A stretch of DNA of 64,000 nucleotides. Origin: Patescibacteria group bacterium (GTDB lineage Bacteria > Patescibacteriota > Microgenomatia > 2-02-FULL-39-11). The stretch is taken from positions 82,330-146,329 of the forward strand of contig JAMCUI010000007.1 in the NCBI GenBank assembly GCA_023379265.1. The letters run 5' to 3'. Positions 1 to 9,336 of this stretch are shown here, piece after piece (position 1 is the stretch's first letter; each line of letters starts with the position of its first letter). The translations under genes were made by a program, and so were the position numbers. The notes under the pieces were generated by a model. It saw only the letters and a program-made list of their open reading frames with translations. It was not told where the DNA came from and ran no database searches.

Positions 1-346
1 GGGGGAAATCACCAGTTGGCATAGTAGAAAAAACCGCTTTTGTTTTATCTGTTTTTACATGTAAATTGTTACCCTCAAGATTAAACTCAACTTTGTCAGC
101 TATAAGATTTGAAACAAACTCTGTGAGAAGTTTTCCAGGCACTGTAACTTCTCCTTCTTTTTCTATTTTTGCTGGGATAGAGAAGATTAAACCAATTTCT
201 AAATTAGTTACTGCAAATTTTATTTGTCCTTTATCAGTTTTTATTAATACATTTGATAAAATCGGAATTTGAGGTCTTGAGGAAATATTTCTGCTTAATA
301 TAGATAAAATTTTATTGAGGTTTTCTTTTAGAACGAAAAAATGCAT
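1..346 (-). CDS. dnaN: DNA polymerase III beta sliding clamp, N-terminal part (runs off the window)
   Basis: Manual translation from the ATG at 346: MHFFVLKENLNKILSILSRNISSRPQIPILSNVLIKTDKGQIKFAVTNLEIG, the typical DnaN N-terminus; lies directly downstream of dnaA. Confidence 0.93.
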   Translation of the reverse strand, partial: MHFFVLKENLNKILSILSRNISSRPQIPILSNVLIKTDKGQIKFAVTNLEIGLIFSIPAKIEKEGEVTVPGKLLTEFVSNLIADKVEFNLEGNNLHVKTDKTKAVFSTMPTGDFP

Positions 347-524
347 ATTATATTAAAAGTAATAGTAGTATTAGAGAGTGTTGATAAGTGTAGATAATTT
401 TACAATGGCAGTCAAGGACAAGAAATTTTAATAAAAAACTTATGTTTATAAAGTCCTTGAAATGAAGTGGATAATTATGTGGATAAAAATTATAAAAATG
501 TGGATAAGTTGATAAATGGTTAAA
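347..524. promoter_or_regulatory. oriC: oriC: DnaA boxes plus DnaA-trio unwinding element
   Basis: Perfect TGTGGATAA boxes at 478-486 and 499-507; one-mismatch boxes at 379-387, 389-397 and 466-474; trio-like TAA TAG TAG TAT TAG at 360-374; AT-rich dnaA-dnaN intergenic location. Confidence 0.85.
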
Positions 525-1862
525 TTATCCAAAAAGTTTATTTTTTATCCCCATAATATCACCACGAATTTGTTCGTTTGTTGATAATAAATCTGTTATT
601 TTTTTTACCCCGTGAATTATAGTTGTGTGATCTCTACCACCAACTAAATTTCCAATATCTGCAAGGGGAACGTTTAATTCTGACCGCATAATATAGTAAA
701 GTATTTGTCGAGGTCTTGCCAAATTTCTATCCCTTCTTATTCCTTTTATCTGGGATGGTTTCAGGTTGAAATATGTAGCAACAGCATTCAGCGCGTCTTC
801 AAGTCTTACTCCATTTTTTTTAGGCATTTCTTTAATACTTTTTCCAAGAATATTTTTTACCAGATCAATATCGATTGGAACATCTCTTGTTTGAGATTCT
901 GTCAGGATACGGATGAGAACTCCTTCTAGTTTCCTCGGGTTTTCAATATTTGCTGCAAGAAGTTTTGCTAAATCTATTTTTAATTCAACTCCACGCTGTT
1001 TTGCTTTAATAAGAAGTATTGCGGTGCGTAATTCAAAGTCTGGTGGGCCAATATCTATAGATAGTCCTCCTTCAAATCGTGAACGCAATCTTGCTTCCAA
1101 CTTATTTATTTCTTCAGGCGGTTTGTCTGAAGTAAGCACTATTTGTCCACCCGCTTGTTGTATCGCGTTAAAAGTGTGGAAAAATTCCTCCTGTACTGCG
1201 TTTTTACCCGCAATAAACTGGATATCGTCAATGAAAAGCGCATTTGTTCTGCGGTATTTTTTCTTAAATGCGACAGTGGTTTTGTTTCCTATCGCTTCGA
1301 TAATATCGTTGGTAAATTCTTCTCCCGTACAGTAAATAATTTTCAGTTTAGGATTATTTTTTATAACAGAGTGACCGATTGCCTGCATTAAGTGTGTTTT
1401 TCCCACTCCGACCCCGCCGTATAAAAACAACGGATTGTAGGAAGCACCTGGAGATTTAGCAACAGCAGTGGCAGCAGCATATGCCATATGATTTGATGAA
1501 GAGACGGCAAAATTCTCGAAGGTATAATAATGATTGAGGTATGGGGGGGGAGTAATAATATTAAGGGATTGTTTTACCTTAAATAAAGGTTCATCAAAAA
1601 CTTTTTTATCAGAAATTACAGGGAGAGCCTTAAAAACAAGTTTGGCAGCAGTTTTTGTATAAGAGGTTAATGTTTTTTGTATTAAATCATAATATCTTTT
1701 TTCAATAAGGTTTATCAAAAGTGGTTGGTTACAGCCAATGATTGCTGTATCTTGGGTCAATTCTAGTAATTTGGTTTGCGACAGAAAGGTTTGAAAAGAA
1801 GCTTTGGTAATTTGTAGCTCTAAGTCGGCCAAAACAATCTGCCACAGTGTTTCCGTGTTCAT
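525..1862 (-). CDS. dnaA: Chromosomal replication initiator DnaA
   Basis: YNPLFLYGGVGVGKTHL Walker A, FIDDIQF Walker B, GGRDHTTIIHG in domain IV; likely start MNTETLW at 1862. Confidence 0.98.
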   Translation of the reverse strand: MNTETLWQIVLADLELQITKASFQTFLSQTKLLELTQDTAIIGCNQPLLINLIEKRYYDLIQKTLTSYTKTAAKLVFKALPVISDKKVFDEPLFKVKQSLNIITPPPYLNHYYTFENFAVSSSNHMAYAAATAVAKSPGASYNPLFLYGGVGVGKTHLMQAIGHSVIKNNPKLKIIYCTGEEFTNDIIEAIGNKTTVAFKKKYRRTNALFIDDIQFIAGKNAVQEEFFHTFNAIQQAGGQIVLTSDKPPEEINKLEARLRSRFEGGLSIDIGPPDFELRTAILLIKAKQRGVELKIDLAKLLAANIENPRKLEGVLIRILTESQTRDVPIDIDLVKNILGKSIKEMPKKNGVRLEDALNAVATYFNLKPSQIKGIRRDRNLARPRQILYYIMRSELNVPLADIGNLVGGRDHTTIIHGVKKITDLLSTNEQIRGDIMGIKNKLFG

Positions 1863-1868
1863 AAAAAG

Positions 1869-1897
1869 ATATCCACATCCTAAAAAAGTTATCCACA
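1869..1897. promoter_or_regulatory. DnaA boxes upstream of dnaA (autoregulation or second oriC part)
   Basis: TTATCCACA at 1889-1897 and ATATCCACA at 1869-1877. Confidence 0.75.
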
Positions 1898-2027
1898 ATT
1901 GTCAAGGTGCTTTAACTATTACTTTCTATAAACAATTATGCAAATTCCGTTTTAATCCTAACAATATGAATAGATTTGGATTAAAGATTTTATATTTAGT
2001 ATAAAATATGATATTATATAGAGCATT

Positions 2028-2165
2028 ATGACCAAAAGAACATTTCAACCAAAAAAGAAAAGAAGGGTTAGAGTACATGGCTTTCGCGGTAAAATGAAGT
2101 CTAAAAATGGCCGTCACGTCTTGGCTCGAAGAAGAGCCAAAAATAGGAAGAAACTCAGCGTTTAA
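2028..2165 (+). CDS. rpmH: 50S ribosomal protein L34
   Basis: Not in the ORF track; manual translation [45 protein letters not shown]; canonical position. Confidence 0.96.
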   Translation: MTKRTFQPKKKRRVRVHGFRGKMKSKNGRHVLARRRAKNRKKLSV

Positions 2166-2169
2166 CCTC

Positions 2170-2511
2170 ATGTTGCCCAAAATACACCGTTTAACCATCG
2201 GTGACTTCAATAAAAACAATCAGAAACCCCAAAGATTTCACTCTATCAACTTGACTTTTTTTATAAAAACAAAAAAAAACAGTGAACCTTCCGGGTTTTC
2301 CATTTCCGTACCAAAATATTTGGACAAAAGAAGCGTTTATAGACATCAAACAAAAAGAATGATTTCTCAATTTTTAATTCCAGAACTAAGGGAAATTATT
2401 AACGGTTATGATATTCTTATTAAGCCCAAAAGGATTTTTTCGAAAAAAGAAGGCAAATTAATTAGTGAAGAGATATATAATCTTTTACATTCAGCAAAAC
2501 TGATTACTTAA
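2170..2511 (+). CDS. rnpA: Ribonuclease P protein component
   Basis: MLPKIHRL start, SISVPK..DKRSVYRHQTKR (RNR-like motif); synteny rpmH-rnpA-yidD-yidC. Confidence 0.88.
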   Translation: MLPKIHRLTIGDFNKNNQKPQRFHSINLTFFIKTKKNSEPSGFSISVPKYLDKRSVYRHQTKRMISQFLIPELREIINGYDILIKPKRIFSKKEGKLISEEIYNLLHSAKLIT

Positions 2512-2512
2512 A

Positions 2513-2737
2513 ATGAAAAAAAACACTCTTAAACTATTATCACTGTATAAAAAATATATTTCAAAAGGTATTTTGAGCGTTGTTTATCTAGGAGATTGCC
2601 GATTTCAACCAACTTGTTCTGAGTACACTTATCAAGCTGTAGGGAAGTATGGTACAATCAAAGGATTAATTTTAGGCGTTAAAAGAATTTTACACTGTAA
2701 TCCCTTGTTTAAGGGAGGATATGATCCTTTAGAGTAA
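2513..2737 (+). CDS. yidD: Membrane protein insertion efficiency factor YidD
   Basis: CRFQPTCSEY and RILHCNPLFKGGYDP motifs. Confidence 0.95.
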   Translation: MKKNTLKLLSLYKKYISKGILSVVYLGDCRFQPTCSEYTYQAVGKYGTIKGLILGVKRILHCNPLFKGGYDPLE

Positions 2738-2740
2738 TTT

Positions 2741-3565
2741 ATGTTTAATCCGGGCAATCCTTTTGATTCATTTCTTGTAATACCAATCCTGAACGCTCTC
2801 GTGGCGGTTTATAAATTGATTTTGTTTTTCAAGCTTCCCGGTGCTTTCGGATTGGCGCTTATTGTGCTTACCGCCCTTATTAGAGTGGCGCTTAATCCTC
2901 TTATGGTGACGCAACTGAAAAGTGCCCATAAGCTGAGTAAGCTTAAGCCTGAACTTGATAGACTTTCTGAAAAACATAAGGATGATAAAAACAGGTTGCA
3001 TCAAGAACAGTTAAAGCTTTATCAGGAGGCGGGTATTAACCCTGCAGCGGGTTGTCTTCCCCTTCTTATACAAATGCCCATACTTCTAGGTTTATATAAC
3101 TTATTTTTTAAACTACTGAGTAATACCAATCTTGTACAAGTGACAAAGGAGATTAATAGCGTTCTTTATACCCCGTTTTTGAAAATAAGTACGATTAATT
3201 TATCGTTTTTCGGTATGGATTTAGCCCACAAACCATCAGACTGGTCAAAATATGGCATATGGTTGCTTTTGGTTCCCGTTGTGACGGCACTTCTTCAGTA
3301 TCTTCAAACAAGAATGATGACCCCCAAGACGCCGCAAACAGCACTTAAAAAAGTCGAGGATGAAAAGAATAAAGAAAAAAAAGAAGATATGGGGACAGCG
3401 ATGCAAAAACAAATGGCAATAATGATGCCTCTTATGATTGGATTTTTTTCCTACTCTTTTCCCCTTGGTTTGTCAATTTATTGGAACACTTTTACTATAT
3501 TTGGTATAATCCAACAGCGTCAGCTTAATAAAATCATGGAGAAAGAAAATGAAGAAAAAAGATAA
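2741..3565 (+). CDS. yidC: Membrane protein insertase YidC/Oxa1
   Basis: GINPAAGCLPLLIQMPI and PLGLSIYW motifs. Confidence 0.95.
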   Translation: MFNPGNPFDSFLVIPILNALVAVYKLILFFKLPGAFGLALIVLTALIRVALNPLMVTQLKSAHKLSKLKPELDRLSEKHKDDKNRLHQEQLKLYQEAGINPAAGCLPLLIQMPILLGLYNLFFKLLSNTNLVQVTKEINSVLYTPFLKISTINLSFFGMDLAHKPSDWSKYGIWLLLVPVVTALLQYLQTRMMTPKTPQTALKKVEDEKNKEKKEDMGTAMQKQMAIMMPLMIGFFSYSFPLGLSIYWNTFTIFGIIQQRQLNKIMEKENEEKR

Positions 3566-4046
3566 AGAAGTAAAACTTACAAGCGATATAAAAACAACTG
3601 TTTTAGAACTTATGGACAGGTTACATGTCGAAGGAAGTGTAGACGTGGAAGAAGAGAAGTCCGACCCTTCAGAAGAAGCCAATCATTTCAAAGTGGTAAT
3701 ACAAACAAATGAGACAGGACTTCTTATAGGTCGACATGGTGAGACTCTGAACAGTCTTCAGTTGATCTTGGGAGTGGTGCTTTATAAAAAGATGGGTAAA
3801 TGGATAAGGGTGATTTTAGATGTAGGAGATTATAGAAAAGTAAGGGAAGAGAGTATAAAAGAAATGGTGGGAAGAATTGTTGCTGAGGTTGAATCAATTG
3901 GACAGCCAGTTACACTACCTTATCTTACGCCACTTGAACGAAGGATTGTACATATAATGCTTGCTGATAATCCTAAGATTATGTCTGAGTCAACAGGCGA
4001 GGGAAAAGAAAGAAGGGTAACAATCAAACCTCGTCAGCAAGGTTAA
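3549..4046 (+). CDS. jag: Jag/KhpB RNA-binding protein (KH + R3H)
   Basis: LIGRHGETLNSLQ KH motif, ERRIVH R3H motif, SESTGEG; follows yidC. Confidence 0.9.
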   Translation: MKKKDKEVKLTSDIKTTVLELMDRLHVEGSVDVEEEKSDPSEEANHFKVVIQTNETGLLIGRHGETLNSLQLILGVVLYKKMGKWIRVILDVGDYRKVREESIKEMVGRIVAEVESIGQPVTLPYLTPLERRIVHIMLADNPKIMSESTGEGKERRVTIKPRQQG

Positions 4047-4084
4047 TTTAGCTAACAGTAGAACTTCATTAGTGTTGGATAGAT

Positions 4085-5362
4085 GTGAACTTGGCGTTGG
4101 TTTCTTTTTATATACTTCTACTTTTTTTACCGTCTCAACTCGGCAGACACTTTTTCCCAAATTTTTCCCTTGTTTCAGGTGTTATAAGCGATTATCTTAT
4201 ACCAGTCTTTTATTTCACAGATTTTTTAATTATTTTAACCATATTTCTATACATTCTTGAAAATTGGCATAATTGGCTAAGACCTAAGTATTCCTCTTGG
4301 GCGATTTTAATCCTAACAGTTCTAATTTATTTATTTTTCAATAGTACGGTCATTGCTTCAAATAAATGGGTTGCGGTTTATAAGATGGTAAAAATCGCAG
4401 AATTTATTCTTTTAGGACATGTTGTTTATAGGTTGAAACCGAAACTTTTATCAGTTTTATCCGTTCTTTCAATTTGCACGGTTTACTCATCGGTTTTATC
4501 GGTTTGGCAGTTTGTGTCCCAGAAATCGGTAGGTGGATTGTTTTACTGGTTGGGTGAAAGGACATTTAGCTCCAACACTCCAGGAATAGCGGTGTTTTCC
4601 CTAAATGGACAACTTATACTTCGGTCATATGCCACTTTTCCTCATCCAAATGTCCTAGGAGGTTTTCTTGCTATTTTGCTGCCGGCGTTTTTATTTCTAC
4701 TTATTAACAGAAAAAAGATGAAAATAGAGATGAGAGGTTATTATTGGTTTTTATTTGCTTTGACTCTTGGTATTGTTTCTTTAGTTTTAACTTTTAGCAG
4801 AGCAGCGTGGATAATTACTCTTTTGGGATTTTTTCTAGTTGTTATGCAGAAAAAAAAGGTTGACCTGTTAAATATCCTAAAAAATAAAAATCTGGTATTA
4901 TTTTTATTTTATACTCTAATGTTCCTGTCTGTTTTTACGCTTCTTGTTTTTCCCCAGGGAGAAAAAATTATTGGTGGCAAGAGTTGGTCTCAAAGGGCAG
5001 TCCTTGATAAAACAGCGTTGGTCTTAACCTTGCAACATCCGCTTCTTGGTATAGGATTGAACAATTTTGTAGTGCAGGCGCACAGTGTTATAAATAACTA
5101 TTCTGATATATATCTTTTACAACCAGTCCACAATTTTTACCTATTAATTTTGGTAGAAACTGGTTTAATAGGATTTGCCATTTTCTTACTATTTATTGAT
5201 TTAGTATTAGATTGGAGTATTAAATCAGGTTTAATTGTATTAATTATCGAGTTACTCCTTTTTTCATTGGGATTTTTTGACCATTATCTTTTTACTTTGC
5301 AGCAAGGTCAACTATTTTTTACCATTTTTACTTCTCTTGCTTTGATTCCTCGTAAAATCTAA
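4085..5362 (+). CDS. O-antigen ligase/Wzy_C family membrane protein
   Basis: Multi-TM; ATFPHPNVLGG, TFSRAAW, PLLGIGLNNF, PVHNFYLLILVETGLIG. Confidence 0.85.
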   Translation: MNLALVSFYILLLFLPSQLGRHFFPNFSLVSGVISDYLIPVFYFTDFLIILTIFLYILENWHNWLRPKYSSWAILILTVLIYLFFNSTVIASNKWVAVYKMVKIAEFILLGHVVYRLKPKLLSVLSVLSICTVYSSVLSVWQFVSQKSVGGLFYWLGERTFSSNTPGIAVFSLNGQLILRSYATFPHPNVLGGFLAILLPAFLFLLINRKKMKIEMRGYYWFLFALTLGIVSLVLTFSRAAWIITLLGFFLVVMQKKKVDLLNILKNKNLVLFLFYTLMFLSVFTLLVFPQGEKIIGGKSWSQRAVLDKTALVLTLQHPLLGIGLNNFVVQAHSVINNYSDIYLLQPVHNFYLLILVETGLIGFAIFLLFIDLVLDWSIKSGLIVLIIELLLFSLGFFDHYLFTLQQGQLFFTIFTSLALIPRKI

Positions 5363-5440
5363 TCTTTTTCTATCGTAGAAATATTTTATGGGTTGTCTTT
5401 TTAGCCCAAAATGCTAAACTGGCATATATTGGATTAATCA

Positions 5441-5656
5441 ATGAAATTACATAAAGTATTGTTGTTTATTTTTATACTACCAGTGACTCTTTTTCTAGAT
5501 CTTGTTTTTTATGCCTTGACGAACAACTGTCCGTCCTGCGGCAATGGTTTTGCCCAATGGGTGACTAGTGAAGGCGCCCTGTCTTTTCCCATAGTGGTTG
5601 GATTGACTGAATGGTTTAGTCAGATGTTCACGAATCTTAAAACTTCAAAGAAATAA
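5441..5656 (+). CDS. Small membrane protein with a CxxC motif
   Basis: N-terminal TM helix followed by CPSC; co-oriented immediately upstream of nadD. Confidence 0.6.
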   Translation: MKLHKVLLFIFILPVTLFLDLVFYALTNNCPSCGNGFAQWVTSEGALSFPIVVGLTEWFSQMFTNLKTSKK

Positions 5657-5664
5657 TTTCCTTT

Positions 5665-6225
5665 ATGAATATAGCAGTTTTGGGAGGTAGATTTGACCCG
5701 CCTCACATTTGGCATTTTTGGACAGCTCAACAGGTATTGGAAAATACAGGTTTTGTGGATCAAGTTTGGCTCATGCCGGACTATTCAAACGCCTTTAAGC
5801 CCATTATTGCTTCTACCTCGGATCGAATAGAAATGCTTCATTTTCTGGAAACCGGGAGAATAAAGTTATCAACGGTTGCAATAGCCAAGGAAGAGACTAC
5901 GTATACAGTGAACATTGTGAAGGATCTTATTAGAGACCCTTATAATAAATATTTCTGGATTGTCGGTTCAGATATTACCATAGAGTTTACCAGATGGCGG
6001 GATTATCAGAGGTTGTCTCAATTGATAAAGTTTCTGGTTTTCCCCCGAAAGGATTTCCCCATCAAAAACCTACATTCAGGTTTTCAGAAGGTAGAGGGGA
6101 ATATTATGCTTAGTAACGTTTCCTCGACAATCATAAGGGAAAGGGTAAAACAGGGCAGGACAATCTCCGGACTTGTGTTTCCGGAGGTAGAGGACTATAT
6201 AAAAAGGAAGAATCTTTATAAATAA
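5665..6225 (+). CDS. nadD: Nicotinate-nucleotide adenylyltransferase
   Basis: GGRFDPPHIWH, IVGSD, VSSTIIRER, VEDYI motifs; adjacent to nadE. Confidence 0.88.
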   Translation: MNIAVLGGRFDPPHIWHFWTAQQVLENTGFVDQVWLMPDYSNAFKPIIASTSDRIEMLHFLETGRIKLSTVAIAKEETTYTVNIVKDLIRDPYNKYFWIVGSDITIEFTRWRDYQRLSQLIKFLVFPRKDFPIKNLHSGFQKVEGNIMLSNVSSTIIRERVKQGRTISGLVFPEVEDYIKRKNLYK

Positions 6226-6235
6226 ACCAAACTTC

Positions 6236-7027
6236 ATGGTTTCAATGCCAAATCAGGTTGATTTATCTATTAATCTAGTAAAAACCTCTGAAGAGATTGT
6301 TTCCTTCATAAAAACCACTTTCAAAAAAGCAGGTTTTTCAAAGGCAGTGATTGGTTTATCTGGAGGTGTGGACTCTACCACATCTCTTTATCTTGGAGTA
6401 GAAGCTCTTGGGTCAGAAAATATTTACGTTGGACTCTTCCCTTATGGAGGGTGGAATAGGGAAGACTTGGGGGACGCAAAACTTATTTTAAGAGAACTTA
6501 AAATTCCAACAGAAAATATAATTTTACTAGATATTAAGCCCTTAGCGGATAAAATAATAGCGGTTGATCCTGTTATGAATAAACTTCGTAGAGGAAATAT
6601 TATGGTAAGAGTAAGAATGATTTTGCTTTATGATTTAGCAAAAAAATATAATTCTCTAGTTTTGGGTACTGAGAATAAGACAGAGTATTTACTGGGCTAT
6701 TTTACCCGTTTTGGTGATGAAGCATCGGATATTGAACCTCTCATGAGGCTATATAAAACACAGGTACGGCAGTTGGCAGGATACCTGAAAGTGCCGGAAA
6801 AAATTATCCAAAAAGCGCCAACTGCTAGTATGTGGCAGGGCCAGACTGATGAGGAGGAATTCGGTTTTACGTATGAGGAAGCAGATAAGATATTACATTT
6901 ATATATTGATAGGAAGAAGTCTATAGAAGAGGTGGTTCAATTAGATATTCAATTAGAGATAATAAATAAAGTAATAGATAGATTAAAAAGAAACGAATTC
7001 AAACATAATCTACCCCATAAATTTTAG
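6236..7027 (+). CDS. nadE: NH3-dependent NAD+ synthetase
   Basis: GLSGGVDS, GTENKTE, GYFTRFGD, KAPTA, TDEEEFG. Confidence 0.95.
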   Translation: MVSMPNQVDLSINLVKTSEEIVSFIKTTFKKAGFSKAVIGLSGGVDSTTSLYLGVEALGSENIYVGLFPYGGWNREDLGDAKLILRELKIPTENIILLDIKPLADKIIAVDPVMNKLRRGNIMVRVRMILLYDLAKKYNSLVLGTENKTEYLLGYFTRFGDEASDIEPLMRLYKTQVRQLAGYLKVPEKIIQKAPTASMWQGQTDEEEFGFTYEEADKILHLYIDRKKSIEEVVQLDIQLEIINKVIDRLKRNEFKHNLPHKF

Positions 7028-7121
7028 TTTTTTATTCTTCTTAATCTTTTAGGTTAATACTGTACGGTTGGTGTTAAATGTTGGATAATGGGGAAATTAT
7101 AAATGTTAATAATCTAACAGG

Positions 7122-8108
7122 ATGAATATTTTAGTTACAGGAGGAGCGGGTTATATAGGAAGTGTTACCGTATCGCAATTACTTGAGGCGGGATACAAAG
7201 TTGTGGTTTATGACAGCTTCATTAAAGGGCATAAAAAAGCAGTACATAAAGACGCAGTGTTTGTAAAAGGTGATATCTCTGATTATATGCTTGTCCTGAA
7301 AACGTTACGCAAATACAAAATTGACGCAGTCTTACATTTTGCTGCTTTTATTGAAGCAGGAGAAAGCATGAAAGTGCCGGAAAAATATTTTCATAACAAT
7401 ACTATCAATACACTGCTTTTTCTGGAAGCGATGTTAGCAGTTGGAGTGAGAAAGTTTATTTTTTCTTCGACAGCCGCTGTATATGGAGACCCGAAAAGGA
7501 CTCCTATTGCTGAAGATACTGATTTGCGGCCAACCAATGCATATGGAGCATCAAAACTGTTAGTGGAAAATACTCTTTCTTGGTATCATAAAATTTATGG
7601 TTTAAGCTATGTGTCTCTGCGCTATTTTAATGCTTGCGGCGCGACCAAAGATTTAGGAGAAGATCATTCTCCGGAAACTCATCTTATTCCAAGAGCTTTG
7701 CAATCAGTGATGGGAAAAGGTGCAAAATTGCAACTTTTTGGTTTTGACTATCCCACAAAAGATGGAACATGCATAAGAGATTATATACATGTATCGGATC
7801 TGGCTAGAGCGCATCTACTTGCCCTTAAGTTAATCACTAAAAATGGTCAATGGCAGAAGATTTATAATTTGGGTAGTCAGAATGGTTTTAGTAATAAAGA
7901 AGTTATTGAAGCAGTAGGGCGTGTAGTTGGTAAATCGGTTCCTTATGTTCCTACTAGTAGAAGAATAGGTGACCCGGCGGTGCTTGTTGCCAGTTCAGAA
8001 AAGATTCGAAAGGAACTTGGATGGAAAGCAAAATATACCAATTTGGATGAAATTATTGAAAGCGCTTATAGATGGAAGCTAAGTCATCAACTTGGATACC
8101 AATCCTAG
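7122..8108 (+). CDS. galE: UDP-glucose 4-epimerase
   Basis: TGGAGYIGS, YGASK, LRYFN, DGTCIRDYIHV. Confidence 0.96.
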   Translation: MNILVTGGAGYIGSVTVSQLLEAGYKVVVYDSFIKGHKKAVHKDAVFVKGDISDYMLVLKTLRKYKIDAVLHFAAFIEAGESMKVPEKYFHNNTINTLLFLEAMLAVGVRKFIFSSTAAVYGDPKRTPIAEDTDLRPTNAYGASKLLVENTLSWYHKIYGLSYVSLRYFNACGATKDLGEDHSPETHLIPRALQSVMGKGAKLQLFGFDYPTKDGTCIRDYIHVSDLARAHLLALKLITKNGQWQKIYNLGSQNGFSNKEVIEAVGRVVGKSVPYVPTSRRIGDPAVLVASSEKIRKELGWKAKYTNLDEIIESAYRWKLSHQLGYQS

Positions 8109-8150
8109 ATAAACATTTCTTCGTAGGTGATTTCTAATACACCTTTTATA

Positions 8151-9173
8151 TTAGTGTAACCGTCGGTTGACCAGTTTTTTCAATTTCTTTGTAGCCTCCT
8201 CAGGAGTGATGTCTCTTTGTGCTTCAGAAAGCATCTCATATCCAACCATAAATTTTTTTACGACTGCTGATCGAAGTAAAGGTGGGTAATAATGTGCATG
8301 TAGTTGCCAATGGTTATTATTTTTACCGTAAGATGGTGCAAAGTGCCATCCCATGGAATATGGCATGGATGTATCAAATAATTTATCGTAAGCAACTAGA
8401 ATTTTTTTCATTATTTTGGCTAAATCTGTTGTTTCACTAGAAGAAAGTTGTATGAGGTTTGGGTGATGATTTTGAGGGATAATCATTATCTCATACGGCC
8501 AAGTTGCCCAGAATGGTACCAAGACAATCCAGTTATTATTTTCTATGACAATCCGTTCCTGTTTTAACTGTTCTACTTGTAGATAATCAACGAGTAAAGG
8601 AGACTGTTTCTTTTGAAAGTAATTTTTCTGCTGTGTGTCTTCTTTACTAATTTCAGTCGGTATAAAGTTGCCGGCCCAAATTTGTCCATGCGGATGGAGA
8701 TTGGAACAACCCATCATTTCCCCTTTGTTTTCAAATATCTGTACCCATTTATATATTTTACTAAGCGTTTTTGTCTCTTTTATCCAAGTATTGATAACAT
8801 TTTCTATTTTCTTTTCGGGCATTTCAGCGAGAGTTAGATCGTGTTTTGGTGAGAAGCAGACTACGCGACACGCCCCATTTACATTTTCAGAAAAAAATAT
8901 TCCTGACTCCTGCTGAATTTTTGGTTGATTACTCTTAGAGATGGCCGGAAAATCATTATCAAAAACAAAAGTGTTTTCATATTGAGGGTTTATTTGACCA
9001 GAAGCTCTTTTATTGCCTGGACAAAGGTAGCATTGATTATCATATGCTGACTTTTTATCCTTTATGATTTTTTCCTGTTTGCCTTTCCATGGTCGGGAAG
9101 TTCTCTGTGGTGAAACTAAAACCCACTCATCCTTCAAGGGATTATATCTACGATGTGATTGGAATAGTGTCAT
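8151..9173 (-). CDS. galT: Galactose-1-phosphate uridylyltransferase
   Basis: RRYNPL..EWVLVSP.R..RPW, CYLCPGN, GCSNLHPHGQ catalytic HPH motif; start probably MTLFQSH. Confidence 0.96.
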   Translation of the reverse strand: MTLFQSHRRYNPLKDEWVLVSPQRTSRPWKGKQEKIIKDKKSAYDNQCYLCPGNKRASGQINPQYENTFVFDNDFPAISKSNQPKIQQESGIFFSENVNGACRVVCFSPKHDLTLAEMPEKKIENVINTWIKETKTLSKIYKWVQIFENKGEMMGCSNLHPHGQIWAGNFIPTEISKEDTQQKNYFQKKQSPLLVDYLQVEQLKQERIVIENNNWIVLVPFWATWPYEIMIIPQNHHPNLIQLSSSETTDLAKIMKKILVAYDKLFDTSMPYSMGWHFAPSYGKNNNHWQLHAHYYPPLLRSAVVKKFMVGYEMLSEAQRDITPEEATKKLKKLVNRRLH

Positions 9174-9336
9174 ATTCTTGGATATTATAGTAGATTTTAG
9201 AATATTCCTGAAGTCGGACATTTTATATAAATATAATTAATCATCTTTTTATTTTTAATGACACTTTGACAAGTTTTTTGATGTATGATATTGTGTGAAA
9301 ATTAATAATCATTTTGTCTAAACAAAAGGAGAAAAG

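Noticed and set aside
1863-1898. N-terminal extension MWITFLGCGYLF of DnaA
   Set aside because: It is the translation of two DnaA boxes; the real start is more likely the ATG at 1862.
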